In this document: positions 1-8,259 of the stretch, piece after piece | How the letters are laid out: the number at the start of each line of letters is the position of its first letter | Position numbering within the stretch: the first letter of the stretch is position 1 | Virus record (IMG/VR): IMGVR_UViG_3300017730_000002 | Coordinates: 45,287 to 109,286 of that record | Strand: one strand, 5' to 3' | DNA from: a virus | DNA: 64,000 nt | Translations under genes and position numbers: made by a program | The notes under the pieces: model-generated | The model's database searches: none | What the model was told of the DNA's origin: nothing | What the model saw: the letters and a program-made list of their open reading frames with translations, nothing else

Positions 1-63
1 TATATAGGATTAGTATACTCTCTATATAGAAGATAAGATACATAGTATCCCGCATTTAGATTT

Positions 64-244
64 GTTTGAATAGATTTAGGAGGGAAAACCTCGGTCATAA
101 GGTGGGCTCTTATGATTACTGTTGACTTAGGTTCGCTACCTTCGTTGTATCAGGGCTTAGATGTTTCGTCTAGGGTTTAATAATGCCTTTGGGTTCAACT
201 TTTCTTGGTTGGGCAAGTGCTTCGCACTTCTTGAGTATTCAAAC
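64..244 (+). ncRNA. Candidate structured ncRNA or leader domain
   Basis: GTTTGAATA(64-72) pairs with TATTCAAAC; encloses hairpins GAGG-GAAAA-CCTC, GTCATAAG/CTTATGAT, CTTAGAT/GTCTAGG, AAGTGC-TTC-GCACTT; no ORF. Confidence 0.45.
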
Positions 245-367
245 ATTAAATAGGTACAAGTAGGGTGTATTCCCGTAAATTAGTTCTTGCTAAGTTGACA
301 GAGAGTCAAGCCTTTTTTATTTACAAACCTATGACTAGAGAGTCGGTCATAGTATAAATGGAATAGA

Positions 368-587
368 AATTAGAAATTGTATAGGTTCTAACGTAATTTT
401 AAAAGTTAGTATAGGCATACAACATATGCTTAGAGGTCTGGATGACTGTCTGTCCTTAAATGTGAACTATACTATGCAATATTTTCTTTTCGCGATTTAT
501 TATCATTTCTAATTGATATGCTTCGGCTATTAATTAGTCTTAATCCCAAGTTGTCGGGATTTAAAATCACAGATGTTGAACTGTGAT
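368..587 (+). ncRNA. Candidate structured RNA domain
   Basis: AATTAGAAAT(368-377)/ATTTCTAATT(505-514), ATTGTATAG/CTATGCAAT, GCATA/TATGC, a C(UUCG)G hairpin near 511-535, then AATCCC/GGGATT and ATCACAG/CTGTGAT hairpins. Confidence 0.4.
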
Positions 588-599
588 ATGAATTCGTTC

Positions 600-1092
600 T
601 AATAGACAAAACACCGTGTAATCAGTACCTTTCTTGTAAGGGGAGCAGTTGCACACAAGGGTGGATAGGACAAAGACCTTACAGGGTTCTAAAACTATCA
701 GTGTTATATGTAAAGAGTACGGTCTGTAAACTGTACGTGGTTGCATATGAAATTAGGGATTTGAGCTACTATCCTAGTAAAACGTAAAATGCTAAGTCTT
801 AACTAAAAACAAAGAACTGGACAATGACGTGAAGTCTAAAGCTTATGGTGTAATTAGAAGTGCCTAATCATAGTTTAGAAATGAACTGTGTTATCCCGCA
901 AGGGGTTGTGAATTTTATGTGCCAGCATAATTGAAGCAACACTTAATTGAGATGTCATTGGCCAATGATATTGATAGAGAGTAGAATGATTACATCTTAT
1001 CCTGTTACTATGCAGTCGATCATAGTATGGCAAAGTTAATGAAGGATTTTTCTATCCGTGTGCTAACCCTTACAAATTGAGGGGTCATTAAC
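600..1092 (+). ncRNA. Candidate large multi-domain structured ncRNA (about 500 nt)
   Basis: Nested long-range helices 663-670/995-1002, 695-706/966-977, 818-830/952-964; local stems 717-736, 835-879, CCC-GCAA-GGG 895-904, 1006-1027, 1035-1092; G-U pairs favour + strand; ends at a terminator. Confidence 0.65.
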
Positions 1093-1097
1093 ATTTT

Positions 1098-1124
1098 GAA
1101 CCGAGTAGTGCTAGGTTCTTTTTT
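1098..1124 (+). terminator. Intrinsic terminator
   Basis: GAACC...GGTTC stem followed by T6. Confidence 0.6.
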
Positions 1125-1145
1125 ATTCACTTAAAACATTTTGAA

Positions 1146-1409
1146 ATGGAGACATTTGTATCTTACAAAAACAAAGTAGTTAATAGACGTAATGATGATC
1201 TCGCTGAGAGTAATTTAGTCTATCCTATTGGTAAAGGGTATCATCAAGTAGCGCAACTTGATAAATCCTGGGTATTAAAGTATTTGCGTTTGAAATTAGG
1301 TCGTGGAGTTAAAGATATTCATAACAAGTATGTAGTTCGTATTAAGAATGATATGCTTGTATATAACTGTGACGGCAAGTATTGGTTAATTAAAAAAAAT
1401 AATGACTAA
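1146..1409 (+). CDS. Hypothetical protein
   Basis: 87-aa ORF with A-rich upstream region; overlaps next gene. Confidence 0.7.
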   Translation: METFVSYKNKVVNRRNDDLAESNLVYPIGKGYHQVAQLDKSWVLKYLRLKLGRGVKDIHNKYVVRIKNDMLVYNCDGKYWLIKKNND

Positions 1410-1632
1410 AGAAGAAGCATTAGAAAAGACTAGAAAGAAATTCACTAACCTCTTTGATGGAGATATCCTTCCAAGGGTTAGTGTCGGTAAGATTATATCT
1501 TACTATGAATCACTTATTGCAGGTAACAAACCTATAGTTACTGATAGAGATTGTAATATTACAAGAGCATTCAATGAAGCATCGAATTATGATATGATGG
1601 ATGATCTTGATGAATATTATGATGGTATTTAA
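1402..1632 (+). CDS. Hypothetical protein
   Basis: 76-aa ORF overlapping the upstream gene, acidic C-terminus. Confidence 0.7.
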   Translation: MTKEEALEKTRKKFTNLFDGDILPRVSVGKIISYYESLIAGNKPIVTDRDCNITRAFNEASNYDMMDDLDEYYDGI

Positions 1633-1780
1633 CCTGACACAGCGGGTTAATAGAGGTTGTACGGTCCAAATTTACTCTATAAAATCTTATGGGACCTATG
1701 CTGGTAACAGTTCCAGACACGGAGATGAGATGAAACCTTAGACACTTAATTAATGTCTGTATGGGATTAAGCCGTGAAAG
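1629..1780 (+). ncRNA. Candidate compact pseudoknotted RNA (riboswitch- or ribozyme-like)
   Basis: Stems 1629-1650, 1650-1680, 1683-1690/1761-1768, GCTG-GTAA-CAGT, TAGACA/TGTCTG; potential pseudoknots GGTCC(1663-67)/GGACC(1692-96) and CACGG(1718-22)/CCGTG(1772-76). Confidence 0.45.
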
Positions 1781-1783
1781 AAT

Positions 1784-1816
1784 GAGGGTAGACTGTGAAA
1801 AAAACTACCCTCTTTT
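1784..1816 (+). terminator. Intrinsic terminator or attenuator
   Basis: GAGGGTAG/CTACCCTC perfect 8-bp stem plus T5. Confidence 0.7.
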
Positions 1817-1843
1817 TATTTATTTACTTAAAAACAAATTATC

Positions 1844-2257
1844 GTGAAATTATTTGATAAAAGAATTAACTTAGATGTAAAAACAGAAAATTTAATTGGT
1901 CTTGCCATAGGTATAGACTCGTGGGGTAAAGTAGATGTAAGAACTAGACAGTATCAACTGTTAATCTTATGTTTTGTAATAGAATTACAAACAAGAACTA
2001 CTATTAAAGAAAAAATAGTAAAGAAAAATCTATACAAGAAGAAAAGGAGAACAACTCGTACAGCTAAATTTATAGCATTTATGTGTGGATTATGTATGCT
2101 TGCATCTTGTTTGGCTATATATGAAGCTCTTAATGCTACTACAGGTGCTACTGCATATTCTTTTACATTAGTATCAGCAGTATTTTTAGCTTTATTTGTA
2201 GTGATAGGCATAAGTTATCTCATTATGGATAATAAAGAAAAATACTATGTTGAGTAA
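1844..2257 (+). CDS. Membrane protein, unknown function
   Basis: GTG start; two C-terminal hydrophobic helices after a basic patch. Confidence 0.7.
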   Translation: MKLFDKRINLDVKTENLIGLAIGIDSWGKVDVRTRQYQLLILCFVIELQTRTTIKEKIVKKNLYKKKRRTTRTAKFIAFMCGLCMLASCLAIYEALNATTGATAYSFTLVSAVFLALFVVIGISYLIMDNKEKYYVE

Positions 2258-2378
2258 ACTATTAACTAGATGGATTATATATTTTTTACTATTTGAAATG
2301 TTAATAGTGTTAGATTATATTTTAGAAATAATAATACCTTGTGTTTATTATCTTTATACTCAAGTATTGTAAAGACAT

Positions 2379-2408
2379 TGCAAGTAGGTAACACTACTTG
2401 CATTTTTT
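2379..2408 (+). terminator. Intrinsic terminator-like hairpin (member of a repeated stem family)
   Basis: TGCAAGTAG/CTACTTGCA 9-bp stem plus T6. Confidence 0.65.
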
Positions 2409-2435
2409 GATTAATTATTTATTTAAAAACAAACT

Positions 2436-2573
2436 ATGTTACAACCCACAGATGAATGTTACATCTACATTAAAGATGGAAAAGAATTATTTACAGGATC
2501 GTTAGAATTAGCTCATAAAAGAGCAGATGATGACACCACAATTAAAGTTGTCAAAATTGACATAATCACTTAA
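2436..2573 (+). CDS. Small hypothetical protein (45 aa, not in ORF track)
   Basis: MLQPTDECYIYIKDGKELF...; A-rich start context AAAAACAAACTATG. Confidence 0.6.
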   Translation: MLQPTDECYIYIKDGKELFTGSLELAHKRADDDTTIKVVKIDIIT

Positions 2574-2585
2574 AAATTAAAATTT

Positions 2586-2783
2586 ATGACTGAAATTATG
2601 ATTGAAGAGATTCAGGAATTGCACATTGCAGTACACCAAGAAGCAATCTCACCAGAAGAAATAGAAGAAAAGTATGAATGTAGACTTACTGTTAAGAACA
2701 TAAGAGAAATCAGAGATATATTATCTCGTTTGCATATGCAAGCTATGTGTCCACAGTTTGGTTTACCAAATTTTGAAATATGA
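2586..2783 (+). CDS. Hypothetical protein
   Basis: 65-aa ORF in a tightly packed cluster. Confidence 0.65.
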   Translation: MTEIMIEEIQELHIAVHQEAISPEEIEEKYECRLTVKNIREIRDILSRLHMQAMCPQFGLPNFEI

Positions 2784-2950
2784 AAAAAACAATTACATTA
2801 TTAGAACTTATAAAAATTGTATTACCAGTTGTTACTGTTGTTACATTAGTATTAATTATGTCCAGTTGTGGAACGGGACAAGTAAGCTGTGATGCTTATG
2901 GTCAAAATGATATAGAATATGGGGACATATCAGAAGATGAAGCAAGCTGA
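2780..2950 (+). CDS. Small lipoprotein (56 aa, not in ORF track)
   Basis: MKK + hydrophobic stretch + lipobox-like IMSSC; ATGA overlap with upstream stop. Confidence 0.65.
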   Translation: MKKTITLLELIKIVLPVVTVVTLVLIMSSCGTGQVSCDAYGQNDIEYGDISEDEAS

Positions 2951-3131
2951 AGCAGAGTACAAAGAGTTAGAGAATGATATCAGTACTGATGAGAAATCAA
3001 AAATGTACTGGAGTTCTAGAGAAAAGTATCGTTCATTAAAGTATGAATATACTATTCAAAGCTCTGTGCTTATATTAGTAGTGTTTGCTGCAGTAGCAGT
3101 AATTGCAAGTATTTTATTCGGAGGTGTGTAA
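2919..3131 (+). CDS. Small protein with C-terminal transmembrane helix
   Basis: Coiled-coil-like N-terminus and VLILVVFAAVAVIASILFGGV tail. Confidence 0.65.
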   Translation: MGTYQKMKQAEAEYKELENDISTDEKSKMYWSSREKYRSLKYEYTIQSSVLILVVFAAVAVIASILFGGV

Positions 3132-3157
3132 TGCACCTCCACAAATTATGATTAGAA

Positions 3158-3754
3158 ATGGCATATAAAAAAGAAAAAAGAGGTGCTTCATTAGTAGTGA
3201 ATCACTTTGATAATCAGTTAAATATTGTAGGTAACTACTTTAATAAGTGGGTACATCACGAGATTAACCTTGATGAAAAAAAGACTAAAATAGTAACAGG
3301 AACTCAAAAATATCAATATTTAGATAAACCAGTAGTCTGGAGAGACAAATGGTTAAAGAGTAAATTCATTAACTGTAAGCAACAGATTGACAACCAATTA
3401 TGGTTTGTTGATTTTAATGCTTATGGATATCAAGTAAGCTTTACAGAAGAATTTGATGGCATTCATATTGGTGATGATTATTGGAATATTAAGAAATGTC
3501 AATTTCTTGGTAAAATAGTCAGTAGACTTAATCAGTATCTAAAACAAGAGAAAGACAATGCTATTGTTTTACATCCAGATGCAAAAGAAACAAGGTGTAT
3601 GATTAAGCCTGAAGTATTGGTCTCTTGTATTGAGTCAGTTAATAAGGATTTTCCTTATACACTGAAATCAAGAAGAGAATCATATGAACATGCTGAAAAT
3701 ATATTTGAGGTAACTCAAGGTAGAGAGCCTGAGCTAGATGATTTACCGTTTTAA
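3158..3754 (+). CDS. Hypothetical protein with SSB-like C-terminal tail (DDLPF)
   Basis: 198-aa ORF ending ELDDLPF. Confidence 0.7.
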   Translation: MAYKKEKRGASLVVNHFDNQLNIVGNYFNKWVHHEINLDEKKTKIVTGTQKYQYLDKPVVWRDKWLKSKFINCKQQIDNQLWFVDFNAYGYQVSFTEEFDGIHIGDDYWNIKKCQFLGKIVSRLNQYLKQEKDNAIVLHPDAKETRCMIKPEVLVSCIESVNKDFPYTLKSRRESYEHAENIFEVTQGREPELDDLPF

Positions 3755-3806
3755 GAATTTTTTAAGTGGATAGGGTAAAGGTTGGAGATGTAATGTCTTC
3801 AGCCTT

Positions 3807-4262
3807 ATGCCTTTAAAAAACAAAATTATGCAGATAAAAAAAGTAGCTGTAAACATTACAGAAAGAGATATAACATCAATGGTTGAGACCATATGTAAAG
3901 AAACACAAAGTACACAAAAAGCAAATGACATTGCAGATCTATTTACAGAACTTTTATTAAAGAGTACTGAAGCATCTACATTATTTGTGCAAATTATGCT
4001 TGGTAATGGTTTACCACTAACATTGCGTGAAGGAGATGTAGTTAGATGTAAATGGGATAGGCTTAAAGTAGGACTAACAAATGCAGATGACACACTTGAT
4101 AGACTTCACGAAAATAATCTGATTAATGAAGATAATGAGGTTGTTTGTATGGTAAAATCATTCAGAGGTTATACAGAATATTTCCCATATACTGTGGAGT
4201 TTAAGTATGGAGATGATCTATATGCATCTTGTAGTATGGGATTTGAAGATATACTATCATAA
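3807..4262 (+). CDS. Hypothetical protein
   Basis: 151-aa ORF; true start may be the second Met. Confidence 0.7.
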   Translation: MPLKNKIMQIKKVAVNITERDITSMVETICKETQSTQKANDIADLFTELLLKSTEASTLFVQIMLGNGLPLTLREGDVVRCKWDRLKVGLTNADDTLDRLHENNLINEDNEVVCMVKSFRGYTEYFPYTVEFKYGDDLYASCSMGFEDILS

Positions 4263-4263
4263 A

Positions 4264-4543
4264 ACATTGCAAGCAGCTGTCATCGTAACTAAAATAAGGA
4301 GAGTTTAATAGTCCTTCCTTAGACACTGCTTGCATCTTATTAACCTGTAACTGACCCTTGAGTTTTAATTAACTATAGTCTGCGGTGGCTATGAGGGTCA
4401 GAACAGGTTTTAGTCATTATATTTTAGTCGAATATATGCTTGTAGCAAATAACAAAGGAAGAATTTTAACCCATTTTTCCTTTGTTAGCTATATAATGGC
4501 AATTTTTTTATTGTTGCATAGCCAACATATGAAAATTTATTGC
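4264..4543 (+). promoter_or_regulatory. Cluster of four long hairpins (possible RNA-processing sites or ncRNA)
   Basis: Stems 4268-4334, 4342-4409 (AACCTGT..CTGACCCT/AGGGTCAG..ACAGGTT), 4450-4487, 4499-4543 in an ORF-free gap. Confidence 0.55.
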
Positions 4544-4554
4544 GTAATTAGTAT

Positions 4555-4797
4555 ATGAATTATCAGTTACCTAATGGAAAAGTTATCTATATCTCTATAG
4601 AGGAGTACTTATCCTTGACTGATGAAGATATCCAGCATCTTATAGCATTAGACTACGGTGATGTAATTACTAATCCCTTCAGTGGATCAGCAGTAGACAC
4701 TAAAGGTAAAGTAGAACCAACAGAACCCAGAGAGTTTTTAGATACGGGTGATGATGGTGAAACCTTTCCAGATATAAATCTATCAGATTTATCTTAA
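4555..4797 (+). CDS. Acidic hypothetical protein
   Basis: 80-aa ORF MNYQLPNGKVIYISIEEYL... Confidence 0.75.
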   Translation: MNYQLPNGKVIYISIEEYLSLTDEDIQHLIALDYGDVITNPFSGSAVDTKGKVEPTEPREFLDTGDDGETFPDINLSDLS

Positions 4798-4867
4798 TGT
4801 AATATGACTTATTAAAGTCCACTTACTTGCATTTGGCAATGTGCAAGTATAGTATCTAGTTGCCCAA

Positions 4868-4895
4868 TTATTTATTTATTTATTTATTTATTTAT
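4868..4895 (+). repeat. (TTTA)6 microsatellite upstream of the 4910 start
   Basis: Six perfect TTTA copies at 4871-4894. Confidence 0.9.
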
Positions 4896-4909
4896 CAAAA
4901 CAATTCATT

Positions 4910-5389
4910 ATGAATTCAAAAGTTAAAGTAGTAGCTAATGCTACAACAGGAGCGGTTGTTAATGTATCAGAGAACAACCCAGAGTATGGTTATATTAGAT
5001 TAGAGCAAACTAAAGCTGTAATTGATGATAACGGATTTTTAAAGAATAGAAGTATTTCTACTTTATTGCAAGGTAATGTAGAAGACCTTAGATCTTTAGG
5101 ATTTTTTGCAGGTCAAGAAGTTCCTGGTAAAATTTGCGTTCAAGAATCTTTAGAAGCATTTAGTTCTAAAAATCCTGAAAGAGATTTGAAAGTAGCGGGT
5201 GTTACAGGTATTGTATGCAGACAAGGTGAGTCACCTATTTATCGCAAGACTGTTTATGATCCAACAGGTTCTAAAGTAGAATCTTTTGTTCAGCATGATA
5301 ATGTTGCTGAGTTAAGAGCAGCATATGATGCTCAGAAAGCTACTAGTGAAGCTATTAAGCCTAATGCAGATTTCTCTATAGGAGGATAA
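4910..5389 (+). CDS. Hypothetical beta-rich protein, possibly nucleic-acid binding
   Basis: 159-aa ORF followed by a terminator; function not recognisable. Confidence 0.75.
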   Translation: MNSKVKVVANATTGAVVNVSENNPEYGYIRLEQTKAVIDDNGFLKNRSISTLLQGNVEDLRSLGFFAGQEVPGKICVQESLEAFSSKNPERDLKVAGVTGIVCRQGESPIYRKTVYDPTGSKVESFVQHDNVAELRAAYDAQKATSEAIKPNADFSIGG

Positions 5390-5410
5390 TAAATTTTAAT
5401 GGTTACAGAT

Positions 5411-5434
5411 AAAGGGTCAGCAATGGCCCTTTTT
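5411..5434 (+). terminator. Intrinsic terminator
   Basis: AAAGGGTCA-GCAA-TGGCCCTTT stem with GNRA loop plus T run. Confidence 0.75.
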
Positions 5435-5467
5435 CTATTTATGAATTTAATAAAAAACAAGTTGTAT

Positions 5468-5962
5468 ATGAGTTCGACTAAAAAACAAAAATTTGAGTAC
5501 TCTGGAAAACTAGAAGAGTACCAGTTGTATAAGAAAAATACTTATACCAAATATGAAGCAGATCAATATTCACAATATCAAAACTTTCTTTATAAGAGAG
5601 CATTGTATGGTCTAAAGTCTTTACCAGCTGAAGAAGTAGCAAAGATGAGTAAGCAAAAGCAGATTAGAATACAAAGAGTTAACAGAAGAGCACAGCGTGT
5701 TCTTAATGAAGCAAAGCAAAGAAAAGTAATTAGTATTACTAATGGTTTATTTGCAAAATGGTTTCCTGATACAAAATTTACTAAGTTTATGCTTGGCAGT
5801 ACTGAAACAGATTTCAAAGTAAGAAATACTCTAAATTTTAAAGATTTAAATATTGATAAACATGAAATAGTTCGTATATTTATTGAAGAAGGAATCTTAA
5901 GTTCAAACTTTTTAAGTTTAAGAAGAGATCCTAATCAGTTACCAAGATTAAAAAATGTATAG
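5468..5962 (+). CDS. Basic hypothetical protein
   Basis: Start moved to MSSTKKQK because the track start (5399) runs through the terminator. Confidence 0.7.
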   Translation: MSSTKKQKFEYSGKLEEYQLYKKNTYTKYEADQYSQYQNFLYKRALYGLKSLPAEEVAKMSKQKQIRIQRVNRRAQRVLNEAKQRKVISITNGLFAKWFPDTKFTKFMLGSTETDFKVRNTLNFKDLNIDKHEIVRIFIEEGILSSNFLSLRRDPNQLPRLKNV

Positions 5963-6155
5963 AAACCAAGAATTATCAGAAATAGACCAAGAGTTTTATG
6001 ATTTTACTAAAGATTTTGATTTAGAAGATTGGAGAACGGTTAGAACTGAAGATTATTGGTGGGTAGAGACTCCTATTGGTACTAAAAGACCAAGGAGTAC
6101 CTATGAAAAGCTTGATTTAATTAGGCATTACGTTAATAAAGGAGTGCCAAAATGA
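5955..6155 (+). CDS. Hypothetical protein
   Basis: 66-aa ORF overlapping its neighbours. Confidence 0.65.
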   Translation: MYRNQELSEIDQEFYDFTKDFDLEDWRTVRTEDYWWVETPIGTKRPRSTYEKLDLIRHYVNKGVPK

Positions 6156-6559
6156 AACCAAAGTTAAAAGAATGTGACGGTTGTCAAAAGATGACTGTTA
6201 TATGGAAGAATCATGAGGGTAATAGATACTGTAAATATTGCTGGAGTTGCCACAAAAGCAGTACTAACAAGCCAAAGAAACCAAACAAGTCTGTTATCCC
6301 TCGTGTTTCTGCCAAAAGAAAGAAGAAAGATGCTGAGTATCTTAAGTTAAGAGAAAGATATCTTATTGACAATTCCCTATGTAAAGTTAAAGTTCAAGGA
6401 TGCAGTAGTAATGCTACTGATGTTCATCATACATATGCAGGCAGTAACCGTGATGCTTTTTATTTGGTTCAAAGTACATGGATTCCTGTTTGCAGGAATT
6501 GTCATAACTGGATCCACGAGCATCCAGAAGAAGCAAGAATTATGAATTATTTAAAATGA
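6152..6559 (+). CDS. Zn-finger/HNH endonuclease family protein
   Basis: CxxC pairs at the N-terminus; C..C..ATDVHH...VCRNCHNWIH HNH-type motif. Confidence 0.75.
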   Translation: MKPKLKECDGCQKMTVIWKNHEGNRYCKYCWSCHKSSTNKPKKPNKSVIPRVSAKRKKKDAEYLKLRERYLIDNSLCKVKVQGCSSNATDVHHTYAGSNRDAFYLVQSTWIPVCRNCHNWIHEHPEEARIMNYLK

Positions 6560-6924
6560 AGTATATGACAAGCATCGTATTAAGAACATTAACAAAAAAG
6601 TCAAAATTAGGAGTTTGGAAAATTACTGATACTATACAAAATTTACTTGATAGAAAAGATAAAAGAAATCTTGTACAAGCTTACTTTAAATTGACTACAA
6701 TTAACTATACTGATGATATTCTCGATGAATTAGGAATAACATCTAAATGGAAGATTAAAAAACCAGGAGCAAATAAAGATTTATATTATGAGTTTTTAAA
6801 GGCAAATAACTGGAGTAGTGAAATGACTAGTAAAAAAAGTAGAGGAGGTAGGGCTGATAAACTTAAAGGAAAGAATATTCTTTTATCAAAAAGTTCATTA
6901 CAAAGTAAAAATCACGGAAGATGA
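6556..6924 (+). CDS. Basic hypothetical protein
   Basis: 122-aa ORF with ATGA overlaps. Confidence 0.65.
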   Translation: MKYMTSIVLRTLTKKSKLGVWKITDTIQNLLDRKDKRNLVQAYFKLTTINYTDDILDELGITSKWKIKKPGANKDLYYEFLKANNWSSEMTSKKSRGGRADKLKGKNILLSKSSLQSKNHGR

Positions 6925-7172
6925 TACATCAAAAACAAGAAGCTAATACGAATTATCCAAAAGTAAAAGATGATGGGCAGAGATTAATAGATGCTCATTT
7001 AAAATTTGATTCACCTTCTAAAAATGTAATAGGAGAAAAGTTGTACCCTAGAGAAGCATTGCAAGCAGCAATTGTAACAGCTAAAGAGTTAGCTAGTGCT
7101 ACTGCAAAGGCTCATTGGTATAAAGTGCTTACATATTTAGAAAATCAACAACAAATAAAATATGGTAGATAG
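6921..7172 (+). CDS. Hypothetical protein
   Basis: 83-aa ORF with ATGA overlap. Confidence 0.65.
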   Translation: MIHQKQEANTNYPKVKDDGQRLIDAHLKFDSPSKNVIGEKLYPREALQAAIVTAKELASATAKAHWYKVLTYLENQQQIKYGR

Positions 7173-8259
7173 AGATAAAGTACAAGCTGAAGCTCTAAAG
7201 AAAACTATAGGTATTAACAGATGTGGTTTAGGATTGGCTACAGGTGTCGGTAAGACACTTGTAGCACTAAATCATCTGGAGAGTAACTATTCTCCATTGC
7301 TTAATATACTTGTAGTTGCACCAAAACTATCAATTTTTGATAGTTGGAGAGCAGAAGCAAGAAAATTTGATAAAGAAAAGTTATTGGTAAGAGCTACATT
7401 TACAACTTACTTAAGCTTAAATAAACAAAATCCCAAGGACTTTGATATTGTATATCTAGATGAATGCCATAGCTTATTAAATTCTCATAAAGAGTTTCTA
7501 AATGAGTATAATGGTAAGATTCTAGGTCTTACAGGCACACCGCCTAAATATCACAAATCTGAGAAAGGTGTGTTAGTAAATGAATTCTGTCCAATAGTAT
7601 ATGAATTTGTTACTGATAGTGCTGTAGATAATAATATTCTAAATGATTATCAGATAATTGTACATGAGCTTGAGTTAAGCACAAAGAATAATTATCTAGT
7701 AGAAATGAAGAATAAGAGTTTTAAGACTTCAGAACAAAAAAATTACGGTTATTGGTGTAACAGAATTGAAGCTGGTGCAGGGTCTATGCATATGCTGCGT
7801 ATTATGAGAATGAAAGCTATGAAAGAATATCCCAGTAAAGAACAGTATGCTAAATTATTGTTTGAGAGTATTCAAGATAAATGCATAATGTTTGCTAATA
7901 CCCAAGATCAAGCTGATAAATTATGTGAGCATAGCTATCATAGCAAGAATCCTGAATCTGAAGATAATCTTGAAATGTTTAAAGAAGGTACTATAAGTAA
8001 ATTATCTTCTGTAATGCAATTAAATGAAGGTGTAAACATTCCAAATTTAAGACAAGGAATTATTATGCATGCATATGGTAATGAAAGAAAGTCTGCTCAG
8101 AGGATAGGAAGGTTACTGAGGCTTAATCCAGATGAAAAAGCTATAGTACATGTATTATGCTATAAACATACTGTAGATGAAAAATGGGTAAAGACTGCCT
8201 TAGAAGGTCTAGATAGTTCCAAAATAGAATGGAAGAACTACAATGTTAACCTGGGTTAG
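7162..8259 (+). CDS. Superfamily 2 DExH helicase
   Basis: LATGVGKT (I), DECH (II), LTGT (III), EGVNIP (V), QRIGRLLR (VI). Confidence 0.9.
   Translation: MVDRDKVQAEALKKTIGINRCGLGLATGVGKTLVALNHLESNYSPLLNILVVAPKLSIFDSWRAEARKFDKEKLLVRATFTTYLSLNKQNPKDFDIVYLDECHSLLNSHKEFLNEYNGKILGLTGTPPKYHKSEKGVLVNEFCPIVYEFVTDSAVDNNILNDYQIIVHELELSTKNNYLVEMKNKSFKTSEQKNYGYWCNRIEAGAGSMHMLRIMRMKAMKEYPSKEQYAKLLFESIQDKCIMFANTQDQADKLCEHSYHSKNPESEDNLEMFKEGTISKLSSVMQLNEGVNIPNLRQGIIMHAYGNERKSAQRIGRLLRLNPDEKAIVHVLCYKHTVDEKWVKTALEGLDSSKIEWKNYNVNLG

Noticed and set aside
1-1145. CRISPR array or group I/II intron in the non-coding leader
   Set aside because: No regularly spaced direct repeats, no group II domain V or group I P7 consensus recognised, and no interrupted host gene
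5399-5467. N-terminal extension of the 187-aa ORF
   Set aside because: Runs through a terminator hairpin; the Met at 5468 is a better start
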